A stretch of 64,000 nucleotides of DNA from Lepidodermella squamata (Eukaryota > Animalia > Gastrotricha): assembly GCA_047495785.1 (NCBI GenBank), contig JBLDXI010000033.1, positions 1,674,001 to 1,738,000 of the forward strand, in the 5' to 3' direction. The first letter of the stretch is position 1. The number at the start of each line of letters is the position of its first letter. The position numbers were made by a program, and so were the translations under genes. The notes under the pieces are model-generated. The model saw only the letters and a list, made by a program, of their open reading frames with translations, had not been told where the DNA came from and made no database searches. Below are positions 35,318-47,574 of the stretch, in pieces.

Positions 35318-36372
35318 TTACCGACTCCCACATCGCATTTTGATGCTGTTGAAAACGTAGAAGAATCCATCCTTTGCCAGACCGGGTAAGGAAGTCCAAA
35401 GCGTGACGTTAGGTACGCGTTCGGCGCCCTCCTTCTTTTTGCCGAATGTTAAGAACAAGAAGCCGCCGACGAAGTACGTGAAAATCAGGCAGAAGAAACT
35501 TGTAAAATAGTGTTCAATGTTGATGGAAGTTACTTGAAATAAAGAACTTACACAATGCACAAAATGGAACCGATACTGAGTCCTCCATCGCCACCTCCGG
35601 TTGAAGGGGTGGTCGGTCCTACCGGAGTTGTTGGTCCAACGGGGGTGGTTGTGCAGAAATCTTTCCCGGTGAAGTCCATAAACTGTAGTTCGTAAACTTC
35701 AAAAATTGTTGAATTTTTTTTATTGCAAATCATACGTAGAGCAAGTAGTTATCTGGATCTTTTGTGCCCGAGGATCCATAGGAATCGTACTTGATGTTTG
35801 AAGCTGACTGATCGCAGTTCAAGAATGCTACCGAGCGCCGTAGAGTGCCATCTATGTTATTCGAATCCGCGACTAACGCGATCGTCGGCGAAGTATGCTG
35901 AGCGCCTGTTCGCATTTCAAAGCGGAATGTCGCTGCCCGACCTAAATCCATGTTGTAGCCTGTTGAGTATTCGCACACCTGTAAGATTTTTTACAATAAA
36001 TTACCCGCTAATGTCCTATAAATTAGATGAAAAATACCGCTGCAGCTCCATTGCAGTTATTAAGCGACGGCTGAGTTGTTATGGTTCCACAGAAAACATA
36101 CCAATACTTATAGTTGGTATTGGAACCAGCAATGCTAGGAAATTCACATTGGTTAAAAAAATAGATTGAAATGGCTCGTCCTCTCACGGGTTTTGTTGCG
36201 TTGTCCTAGAAAGAGCCGTCAGGTCAAGAATTTTATTCGAGCCATCGGACAATTCGCAATAGCATTGACCCCTAGCGGTCGACTTGCAAGCGTTTGTCGC
36301 CATGGGTAACGCCAATGAGTTGACGCTGACCACGAATACTAACAGGAGTAAGGCGATTGATTCTGCATGCAT
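35318..36372 (-). CDS. Single-domain MRH-like type I receptor R2 (3' end uncertain)
   Basis: MHAESIALLLLVFVVSV signal; CEYS, RRSVAFLNC, DPDNYLLY; TTPVGP-repeat stalk; TM; tail EGAERVPNVTLWTSLPGLAKDGFF...CGSR. Confidence 0.78.
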
Positions 36373-36554
36373 TTTGCTGTCTGTTAAATTTACTATTCTC
36401 AACTCCTGTGATTATAATAGCTCAATGACAGTGGGATAAACGCATTTTTTTATCTTCATTTTTACCCCCATTAAACCAACCAACTGATAAGAAGTGATGG
36501 CAACGTCAAATTTATTCAGCTAAAATTAAGCGTATATAAGTAAAAATTGTGAAT

Positions 36555-37583
36555 TTAAACACTAGTATAGGACGAGCCACAGCATTTTTTCGCCTTGTGA
36601 TAGGTGAATAAGACACCTTCCTTAATATTGCCAGGTAAAGTTCTTGTCCAGAATTCGAAATGTGGTAGCCGTTCAGAGCCTTCCTTCTTCGAGTAGAACG
36701 TCAGGAAAAGGAATCCTCCAATGAAATAAGTCGATAGCAGCGTGAAAAATCTGATCGGAAAAGCCTGATTTAAGCATTGATTTGTTCGAAATTCAAAAAC
36801 TCACATGATTAGAAGAATTGAACCAGCGCTCAGGTCGTCTCTTGGTGGTTCACGCGCGCAGATATAAGCAGATGTTAACACCATGTTCTGAAATTCACCC
36901 TTAAACTTATGAAAAATGACCTTTTCATCGATAAACTAACATAAAGAGTATAACCATCTGTATCTTGCTGATTTCCTTTCATTTCCAATTTAGCTGACGC
37001 AGTTGCTGCAGGATCACAATGAAGGAAAACGACAGTCCTTTTTGTTATACCCGGGCTAGCATCCATCACAAGAGCAGCCATCTCCTCATTGTTCTGATCT
37101 TTTCGAACTTCGAATCTAGTTGTTGCCGGAACTCCTATGTCGTTACCGTTCTTGCTAGTTGTTGAATACTCACAGGACTGAAACGCGAATCTTTGGTATC
37201 ACTCTAATCAATCTCAAAACCAAGGCTTACCGCTGCGATATTATTACAAGCCGGCCATGTTGTTTTACCAGTGATAACACCGCATAAAACCAGGTAATAA
37301 TTATTCTTCAAAGTTTGAGCGAAGATCCTATTAAAGTTTCAGATTTATGCATGACAGCTTCATTTTATCAATTTTACGGTGAATTTTTCGATTGTTCGAC
37401 TAGAGTAGTGAGATCTACGACTCCAGTGCCATTAGCCAGGTTGCAGATGCATTTGGTCGGTTCAGTCACCGAATCACTTTTGCAAGCATCCAAATAGTCG
37501 CAATTAACGAGACAAGATCCGATCAGGAGACATGCTGCGAAAATTCGGATGATTCTAATGTAATCTATATCTAAACTAGTCAT
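36555..37583 (-). CDS. Single-domain MRH-like type I receptor R3
   Basis: CICNLANGTGVVDL, SCEYS, KRTVVFLHC, DTDGYTLY; TM; tail EGSERLPHFEFWTRTLPGNIKEG...CCGSSYTSV*. Confidence 0.78.
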
Positions 37584-37888
37584 CTTTAGGGCGTTTAATG
37601 CGTCGGGAAAATGCCTACTGAAGGCCATAAGTCTGGGATAACTGATAAGGGAGCCCAATTATCAGCCGAAGTTTCGACCCCTTTATGCTTCTATGACTAA
37701 TGGCAAAGGAAAACAAAAAAATAACCGTACACTTTTTTGCTTTATTGGCAAGATAGCTATAGATAAAGATGAGTGTGGTGAAAATCGAGGAGAATATACA
37801 CAGAAATGTTGTCATCATCTACTTCACATAAATTTTCAGGACATTCAAGTATACAACACGCCTAAACAGTTGATTTGAATACAGCTTG

Positions 37889-39076
37889 TCACTCTTTGTT
37901 GTAGCCGTAATCCGTTCCCATATCAGCGTCCTTGTAGCCAGTGTTCTCGAACTCCTGATACTGAGTTTGCGGCCGAAATCGAAAGCAAATGACATCGAAA
38001 CAATCCTTCACATTTAGGGATATATTTCACATTTCTGGAAAATAAAAAGAAATTACCTTGAACTTTTGATAGACAACGTCATGCCAGAAGGTATAGTTCG
38101 GAATGCGCTGCACGCCGGTATGCTTATAAACGATTGTCATTACTAGGAAACCCCCGCCAAAGTAGGCGGCGATGATGACGATAATCCTGTCATATCGAAG
38201 CATTTGAAAATTAAATGGAAATTGCGGTTTTCAACGTACACGATGAAAAATATTGCGACACCACTCGTTCCTTCGCTAGCTTGGTGATGCTGCTGAATGG
38301 TACGACCATAATTCGGACAGACAGGGGCACCTCGAAGCTCGGAATACTGTAAAAGAAATTGTGTTCGAGGAAATATTGAAACGCTTTTAGGTTATACATA
38401 AAGCAGGTAGTTATCGTGATCTCGCTCGCCTTCGTAGCCTCGAGCTGTAAACGTAAGGTGCCGTTGATTCTCATCACATGTCAGAAATATAAGGCTTCGC
38501 CTAAATTTATCGGTAAATCCGAATAATTAAGGGCATTTTTAAGCTGGCTCCTTACGCATTGGACTGCTGTGTCGATTCCATGACGAGAGCAAGCCGTGGA
38601 GGCACGTAGTAGTCGGTTGCTTTTGTTTTGTAAGTCCGCCACTCGAAGCGAGTCGTCGACGGCTCGCCGATGTTCAAGCTATAAGGCAGTGGTTTAGTCC
38701 GCGTTTCGCACAGAGACGCGGCCTGATTGCAGCCCTGAAATTGCGGGTTCTTCATCTTACCACATAGGACAAGGTAATACGTGAAAAACCCTGTCGCAGA
38801 AGTTATCCTGATCGAAATTAAAATCGTAAATCTATCGAAATTCCATGGGTTAAAAACTTACGGTTGTCGCGAAGTTTGATCAGCAATATGGCGCAGGTCA
38901 ATTTTGCCGGTTCCATCGGCCAAGTTGCAGACGCAATTGCCATGTCGAAACTCCTTATCGCAGGCTTTAACTGGGGCAGTTTGAATAATCTGGGCGTTGC
39001 AAATCGAGAAGAGGCTGAGGAAAGTTAAAGCTAGGGATCGGGCTTTGATTTCCCCTAAACTTTTGCCATCTCTCAT
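37889..39076 (-). CDS. Single-domain MRH-like type I receptor R4
   Basis: CVCNLADGTGKIDL, LCETR, RSLIFLTC, DHDNYLLY; TM; longer tail ...QRIPNYTFW...QYQEFENTGYKDADMGTDYGYNKE*; TATAAA on the minus strand at ~39129-39134. Confidence 0.78.
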
Positions 39077-39580
39077 TTTTTTAAGCACAGGTGATGGATG
39101 AGCCTAGCATATACAGTCAAGTCAAGGATTTATAGGCAGTCGATTTGACGCGCGGCGTAGTACCTAGCGAAATAAGTGTAAAATTAACGAGAAAGCCGCG
39201 GCTTCCGGCTCGCCAAAAGCTCGAACTGCAATTAGGTAAGTCTGCGCACAGACGGCGAATGGCTCTTTCGATTTTGAGCTTCGCAGTATAGGTAGATTGC
39301 GAACGAGCGAACGCATCGAAATTTTAATATTAATCGCTATCATCAACAGTATTATTAACATTCGGCTTGTCATAACCGCGAGCGTCACTTTGAAATTAAA
39401 AAAGATAAGCACTGGAACACGCAGGTATGCGTTATCGATTTTTCTTCATAAATTTCGAAGAAAATCAATACCTATTAGGATCATATCGGCGGAGAAAATC
39501 CGCTTTTTTCGCCCTGTATGGATATTTTTCAATGAAAAAGAGTTATATAACGGCAAAATAGTGCTTTATTTAGTTTTCAA

Positions 39581-40635
39581 TCAAACATTATCATAACCAC
39601 CGCGACCTACGCACATTGATTTCAACTTGTTAAAAGTGAACAAGGTGCCCTCTTTCGCCGCACCGGGTAGCGTTGACCAGAAGTTGTAGTGAGGAACTCG
39701 TTCTGTTCCTTCTTTCTTCATGCCGAAAGTCAGAATCGCCGTTCCGCCGACGAAATAAACAAATATTAGAACGAAAAATCTGGATTTTCGAAGTTATTGG
39801 TGATTTAAAGATCGATCATTCGAGAATAAAACTAACATTATCAGCATAATGGACCCGGCGCTTAGGTCGTCACTGCCTCCACCTGTATTCCCGCCATCAG
39901 TGCAAAAATCACCTCCTTTAGTCTCCATATACTATCACAGAAACAGGAATAGTAAATTATTGAGTTATATACGGGAAATCAAATTACGAATAGCTGGTAG
40001 CCATCCTTGTCCTTTTCATTATTATTGCCCCTTGCTGTGAACACGACGGTTGCTTGGTTCTCGACGCATGTTAGAAATACGACAGTTCGCCTGGAATTTA
40101 GTAAAAATGTTATGACAATTTTTAAAATAAATTTTAGAATATTTCTCACGATGGTGGTGTCGTAGTCGTGGTGTCGGCTACCATTGCTAATCGAGCCCGC
40201 GTTCCGGCTGGGTAAACTCGCATTTCAAACCTCGTAGTGGCGACATCGCCAACGTTGAAGTTGTAAGAGCCTGTATCAGGCATACGTGTTTCGCAAACGG
40301 CAGCTTTGTTGTAGCACTGCGTCCACTGTGGATTTTTGATTATTGGGTTGCAAAATGCTAGGTAGTAGTAGTTCTCTTGCTTGTCATCCAAGACTCCGAG
40401 TCTAAAAGGGAATAATCAGTGTCTCATGACAGAGAGTCAAGACATCTTACGGATTGTTCGCGGTTGACTTAGAGAGACTAGTCAGGTCTATAGTGCCTGA
40501 ATTGTCGGCCAGCTTACAAACACACGTCCCTTGCCTATAGTCGGCGGTACAAGCTGAAGGTTCTGCATTGGCATGGTGAATCAAAATCGAACTGATAACG
40601 AATAAAGATCTTAGAAGTAAAGACAGTCGCTTCAT
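39581..40635 (-). CDS. Single-domain MRH-like type I receptor R5
   Basis: MKRLSLLLRSLFVISSILI signal; VCETR, RTVVFLTC, DKDGYQLF; TM; tail EGTERVPHYNFWSTLPGAAKEG...CVGRGGYDNV*. Confidence 0.8.
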
Positions 40636-41014
40636 TTTACTCTCTGTCTTGATGTGTCTTATAGGTATATCATAACATGAAAAAAATAATAAATTATTTT
40701 TATCGCAGAGTTTATCTAATACACCGTTGGGTGGGGATGCTTGCGTGTGGGAGATAACCGGAAACTAATTTATCGGGTTGTGGTAAAAAAAAACTTCAGT
40801 TATTATTCTTTGGGTCTTAATACTTTTAGCTGAACCAAATAGTGGAATTATCATGGAATTATGGGCCTAAAACCAATTTTTTTTCAATTTTCCTTTGTTT
40901 TATTAGAAAAATCCGTTCACATGTTGTTAAATGCCAGCCCGAGGGCACCGAGCATTATATAATGTTAGTTAGTATCACGGTTATGAAACGGTAAGATAGC
41001 ACTAGAGTTAACAT

Positions 41015-41830
41015 TATCATCATTTCCATCATTTATCATCAGTTATTATTATTATTCGGCAAGGCGGGATAGGCCCGATTTTTATAGTCATTTCTCCATT
41101 TAAGAATTAATTTGAGCAAAGTCGCTAGATTGACGCTATTCGGGCTTTCACAGTTACACAGGGCATTCAAGAGTACAGTTTTATCGAAATCAGATTTTTT
41201 TCTATAATTATATGTACAATTGATTGTAGCAGCGCAGTCAAAGATTAGATGAGTTAGAAGGTTTACAGATTGAAGCGTTTCCTGTTCGCAAAAAATGCAT
41301 TTCATTTCACCTAAGACATATTGGAAAGGCTTAAATATAGAATTTGTACGAATTTTGGCCAAGGTTTGTGCCTCCGTGATATCAAAAACGTCAAAATATT
41401 CTATCCATCTCGAGAGTCGCTGTTCGATAAATAAATTTTGATTAGTGTAGAAGGAGTTCAATTTTTCGAAAATGTTTGATTTGTCTCTGTCGATCAGGTA
41501 GGTTTTATAGTTCTCAATCAACTCGGGAATTAGGTAACTCGGGGCATCGAATATATGATCGAAATTGTCTTTGGCGGTTTCGTCCCGGAGGTTTTTGTAG
41601 ATGTGGCGGCACAGCGTGTTATTATTTTCGAGTATGGTAAATGTTTCTTGTAGTAGGATGTTATTTTTACGAAATTTGAGGGAAAAATAGTATTTTAAGG
41701 CTGCTATGAGCAGTGTTATTTTAGGGGGTTCGATGTAAAATTCGCGAGCTACGAGCTCGTTTCTAGCACTTTTAGGTAGGTTTAGGACGGTTTTTGCAAA
41801 TAAAATGTTCAGTAGCGGCATCGAATTATC
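41015..41830 (-). mobile_element. 3' fragment of a non-LTR retrotransposon ORF2
   Basis: FAKTVLNLPKSARNELVAREF...LKYY resembles the post-RT region; C-terminal CIFC...HLIFDC knuckle; AAT/ATG-rich simple tail around the stop. Confidence 0.6.
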
Positions 41831-41880
41831 GGGCCTAAAACCACTTTTCGAAACTTTCAAGGATGTCATGATTGATCGGC

Positions 41881-42229
41881 CAGAGTTGTCCACGGGCCGG
41901 GTTTAGCACGGGCCGGGCCGGGCCGGGCCGGGTACGGGTCGGGTTCGGGTCTGACTTTTGAGACCCGTCGTCAGTGGTGCGGAACCTATAGGTAACTAGA
42001 TGCCACTGCTACACGTCCGTTTTCACCTCAAATGGCAGTATTCAATGATATAACAATCTAACGTTTATTGCTTAGTGTTGGGCGCTTTTTCCAGTACAAA
42101 TTTAGTTGAAAATTTCAACTTCTCACTAATTAAAATACAGCTAATTGTGACTACGGGCCGGGCCGGGTTTTCACATTCGTTCTTACGGGCCGGGCCGGGT
42201 TCCGAAAATTCGGCCCGTGGACAACTCTG
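41881..42229. mobile_element. Non-autonomous hAT-type MITE, 349 bp
   Basis: Perfect 19-bp TIRs CAGAGTTGTCCACGGGCCG / CGGCCCGTGGACAACTCTG; 8-bp TSD TGATCGGC at 41873-41880 and 42230-42237; subterminal CGGGC repeats. Confidence 0.93.
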
Positions 42230-43053
42230 TGATCGGCATAATTCAAAGTAAATTATCTCTCAATTCAGCCTAAAATTCTGTATAGGACTCATTCTTCACT
42301 ATACAATTCATACATTGCCTGAAATATTCGAAAAGCGACCTTTGGCTTATCTAGAATTTGGTTCCGCGACACTCAAATTTGGTTCCGCTAAAGATATTCT
42401 GTTATTATTTTAATTCAAGAATCGCTTTATTTTCAATTCACTTTAAATTTGATAACGCAGTGAAATCGGTCATTTAGGAATTCAGCTATAAATAATTCGC
42501 CGCATATTATCGAAGTCAATTTGCCTAAAATTGCGTGTCAAGGAATGTATCAAAATTTTAAGACATTCCAATGCGAGGTCAAAGCGAAAAACTTCAAGCC
42601 TTGAAAACTAATGTTGCTGAAGAGGTTCGATTGTTCCAGAAATCAAAATCTAGGTATTGGCAAACCCATCAAACGCATCAATGAATCATTCATCTCAAAT
42701 AATTTATTCCAAAATCAATTTGTTCCAACCATGCATCATCTTTTGAAGGTGCGAGAAGGCACTCGAAAGCTTTTTTTTTTATCAAAGAATAGTATTTTTC
42801 CAAGATAGAAATCATGTGTCCACAATTAGCTAAAACATAGTTTACAAATCATTCGGGAAAATCATCATTCTATTAGTCTCGATTGCATATTACTTTGGCT
42901 TTCAACGAGATGCCAACAAATATATCTTCTCTCGAAAAGAAACCGAAGGAGTTTTTGATAGTTATCCATCAATTTAAAAAGAAACAAAAAGAGGAAGGCC
43001 TCGCCGCTAAAGTCCATGTTCGAGATTTATCGTAATTAAATACCAGATTTTTT

Positions 43054-44756
43054 TTACAATATTGAGCATACTGCCGATTGTTTGCCATTACCAGTTCCCG
43101 GCCTCCGATTCCGGGCAGAGCGTTGGCCTTTCGCGACGGCGCCGTTGGACACTGATCGAGGCAAGCACGAGCCGATATCTTCCACCATGTCAACCGTGCT
43201 CTCAACTTGATAGTCGTTTTTTCGGCCAGATTTAGGAGCGTCCTTACTTGTGTGATAAGACGCGGCTCGATGCGGGTTAGCTACAGCAATAACATCGCCG
43301 CTGCTGACGCGATACCGCTGAGGCTCGTAACCGAGGTTGTAGAGATGGAAAGGAAAGTCATGAACTTCAGGCTCGCCCGAATGCGTCTTTTCGAGGCGGT
43401 GAGTAATTATTCGATAGCAGCCATTCACCGGGCTCCATACAGATTTGTCCTTCTCTTCATCGAGCCGTGTTTGATCGATACCTATTTCTCCGAGCATTTG
43501 AACGGCAAGCCGCTGGCGTTCGGCTCGCCACGTAGTGTCTGTTAGATGATCGCTGACGGCTTTCGACGGCAGCGGCACGCCCTCGAGCCATTCGTGATTG
43601 GAAATTTCGTATAGACTAGGCCTACTCTTCGGAGTTTGGTTCAGCAATTTTGCGATCAAATCGCGGCACGGGGACGGCAGAGCTTCTGGAATTCGAAATC
43701 TAAATCGACAAAAAATTATTAAAATTAATTAATAAATTTATTTAATTGATAAAATTGATAAATAAAATTTAAAAAATTAATTCGAATTTTTATTAATTTT
43801 TTTTAAACATGAAAATTGATTTTTACTTACCTTCCTTGAGTGATCATTTTTCGAAGTTCAGCAAGATTGCTGCTCCTGAAGGGCAGCATACCGGTAACAA
43901 TGAAATAGAGTAGAACACCTAACGACCAGATATCGGATAGAAAGCCGTCGTATTGATCGTCGCGATATAGTTCAGGCGCGGCATAAGGCGGTGAGCCGCA
44001 GAAAGTTGTCAGCATTTCGTCGCGGGATTTCACCTTGGTCGAGAAGCCAAAATCACCAAGTTTTACCCAGTAATCTGACGACGAGCTGAACATCACATTT
44101 TCAGCTTTAAGATCCTAAATTTTTACCCGAAAATAAACTTGAAATTTCTTGGAATTTGTTAATCAACTAACCCTGTGAATGACAAGCTTGCTGTGTAGAA
44201 AGGCTATTGCATCAACGATTTGACGGAAGACAATGCGGGCCGTGTTGTCGGGTAGCCGGCCCTCATCAGCCACCTTGAAAAATAGCTCACCACCCCCAGC
44301 AAATTCCGTTGCCATGTACAACCGAGTTGGCGTTTGCACGGCCTCGTAAAGCCGAATTATGTGCGGGTGTTCCAGTTCACATTGATTGGCTATTTCAGCT
44401 AGAGCCATTTCGTACGCCGCCGGTTCCAACTTGTCTTTCATGAACACCTTAACCGCAACTTTTTCTGTAAAAACAAAATTTTTGAAAAATTGAAAAAGGT
44501 ATTTATATAAAATCTCACCATTTGTGAGCTCATGAATAGCTAATTTGACGAGCGAAAAATTTCCGGTTCCAAGTTCGCCTCGCATGCGGTAAAGATTGAC
44601 GCGTTTGAAGAGCATAACATCTCTTGCATAGGACCGGTTTGAATCGAGTTCTTTCATGAACTCATCGAATTGCTGCTTTTTCACCGGCGGCTCGTTCACC
44701 GACAGCTCGTTCAAGTTGCCCGGCGCGGTTTGATTTTTGCTGTGAGATTTAGGCAT
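43054..44756 (-). CDS. NIM1K: NIM1-like Ser/Thr kinase (AMPK-related), 4 coding exons
   Basis: YRMRGELGTGNFSLVKL, IHR|DLKAEN, DFGFST, TFCGSPPYAAPELYRDDQY, NGCYRIITH and C-terminal CaaX CSIL, as recalled for NIM1K. Confidence 0.85.
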
Positions 44757-47574
44757 ATCGATGAAATGGCTCAGCAACACGCAGTCACGTCATTCTTCCC
44801 GCAATCTAGGGTAGCGCGCTATTATTCAATCAAAATCATGAGAAAAAAATAAATTCACAAAAAAACTAGAATAAAATAATAAAAAATACCATGAAACAAT
44901 TCTGTATTAGAAAAAAACGTGCGAGTTTGAAAGCCCAAGGGAAATGTAAGATGACCCTGTGTCTCGCATGACTCTTGGTAGAAAAATGTAAGCGATCGAT
45001 CGCTCTGCAATTTTATACCATAGTATTAGGAAGTGATATGAACATGATGGTGCCAAAAAACTACTAGGCAATACATATACAGCGAATCTTGCCATTAAGA
45101 CGCAAAAAACTGACAAGGGATGAGCGCGCGCTTAATTTACTCGATGAAATCCGCAATTAGAGACGTCATACTTCCTTTTTGTGTCTACTAATCCCGCAGA
45201 GAACAATTTGTGCCCGTGGGCTAATCGAAAAAATGATAATAAGTTCTCTTCAAGACAAAAGGAATTAAAGGCTGGAACTTTCTTTTTCCCACGTGACTCT
45301 ATGTTATTTACTCCGGCTTTAACTAGTTGTCCCTAAAATCATTGAAGCAAAACCGAGACAGGAAATAGTCGCTGGCGGAAATCGACGACATGGTATAAAG
45401 CAGGTTGTCGAGCGTGAAGAAATCAATGAAATTTCAAGGAAAGAAATGTGAACTACCTAGGGACATATCTTGAGGCGGCACGCGACTGAATTACACGCAA
45501 GATTCAACGGGATCAAGGTATTTTTTGTGTGTTCTTTGATCGAGTGGGTGAAAAGCTGCATTGCGTGTTTGGCAGGATTTTTTTCCTGTTCGGCGGGTTG
45601 TTTTATTCGTCTAACGCGCCTTTCATTTATTCACATACATGCGAATAGCGGTTTTTTGCGTCGGATCGCTTAGATAACTAAATGCGAGCAGTGATATAAC
45701 GCGCAAGTGGCGGAAAGACTGCGCGCATCACCGACCGTATCATCATCACTAAAAAAACAAAGGCCAGCAGAGTGCATTCATCGCCAGTGTTGCGTTGCGT
45801 CAAAAAACTGAAGAGGCCGCTTCCATATTTTGAAGGTATGCCAACAAAAAGCGATTAAAAGCTAAAATTCGCGAGTGTTAACGAAAAAAGCGGGCGGTGT
45901 ATAGATTGACGAAAGCATTTTTTTTATTCTATTATAACTATCACTTTATTCAATACAGTAGTTTCATTAATATTATCGCACGCTGTTATGCAAATATTAC
46001 TTTCTCGCTATTTGAAGGATGAAAGTTTTACAGCCTTTACAGTAATACAATGTTGGGTGGGTATTGGGGAAAACTATGATGGCTATAATATTATGTGCTT
46101 TTTCCAATAGTGAATAAATAATGTAGAGCGATTTTGCGCGCGCCCTTTGGCAATCAATCATTTATTTCTCTAAGCAACCCGCGCGCTGCTCGCACAAACT
46201 ACACACGCGCATCTCATCGAACGGGCCCCCATAAATGAAGCAGCAAAGAACACGCCTGGCGATAATATTTGGTTGTAATCAACGATTTTTTGCTTATTAT
46301 TCCAAGATATATTCGGGAAGAACAGACGCGGCTGCAATATACGGCAGCACGAGAAAACGTAATCACAATGAGAGCACAATACCAACAAACATATATACAG
46401 ATAATTCTGTCAAAGAAAAGGATTTTAATGAGTATTGCGCCGCTTTGTTATATGTAATATGAACTCATGGATGAATCCATTCTCTTCGCGTGTTTCAACA
46501 GCTGTAAAACCGGCGCGATTACTCACGGCGGGCGAGAAAATTAACGCGCGCGCACGAATCCCGACACGACGTTTAGGGTTTTATCATTATCTGCCTTTAC
46601 GATGTAACAACAAAGGTCGAACAACAAAAAACAATGAAGATTTCATAGCGGCATTGTACCCGAAAGAAGAGCACGAGAAAAAGGTAACTCTTTGCGCGCA
46701 AAATTTAGCGCGGCGCATTGGGAAAAACTAATAATTTCCGTATTCAGCCTATTGAGCCGCGTCAAGCCGGCAGCAGGTCAAGAGCGGAAACTGAAAAAAT
46801 ATATACAAAAATTTAGAAAAAATATAACTCGATTCACATATATACTAGTTGTACCCACGCCTGTCGGTAAGTATTATACGAAAAAATAACGCAGCAAAAA
46901 GGCTTGCTTGTTAGCAGCTGCTAAAAAAATTGCCTGGATTTATTTGCACAGGTGTCGGTCGATAAAGATTTCAACCAAGATGGCAAATAAGCCAAATTTA
47001 TAACCAACTTTCAATTTCACGGTAGATTTGACAAGCGCAGCTGTCGAGAAACTGGATTTACACCGGTTATGGGTAGCCACTTTACAAAACTTGTGTTTTA
47101 AGGGAGATTTTTCGATCGCACAACTGCAGTCTCATTTCGCATCGGCTTTCAGTGCTTTGAATTGAAAAAAATAACTGATGAAAAAACAAGTCCAACCGGT
47201 TTTTTAAGGTAGCATTTGGAATGATGCCGCGCTTTCACTCAAGCGTGACGCACCGACTACTGCAAGCTGTTATTTTCATCATTTCATCGCATCAAAATTT
47301 GTTCAGAAAAAAAGATAACATCATGGACATATTATTTTATTGTCAGGTAAATTACTTCATAGTACTAAGAAAATACCGCGGCTTCGCGTTTTTTGTCGTA
47401 TTTTTTAATATAACTAATAATTAATTTTTTGCTGCGGGCTGAACACGAATTTTTGTTGACAGTTTTTGTCTCGGTTCTACTCCGCCCTAGCTATGGACTA
47501 TTCGCAACCCCGAGCGTGAATGTAAGCTTTGAAACATTGGCAACGCCAAAAAATGATGACTAATTAACGGACAG

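Noticed and set aside
41039-41893. 284-aa ORF as a host gene
   Set aside because: Start lies inside the MITE TIR and the remainder resembles a LINE ORF2 C-terminus.
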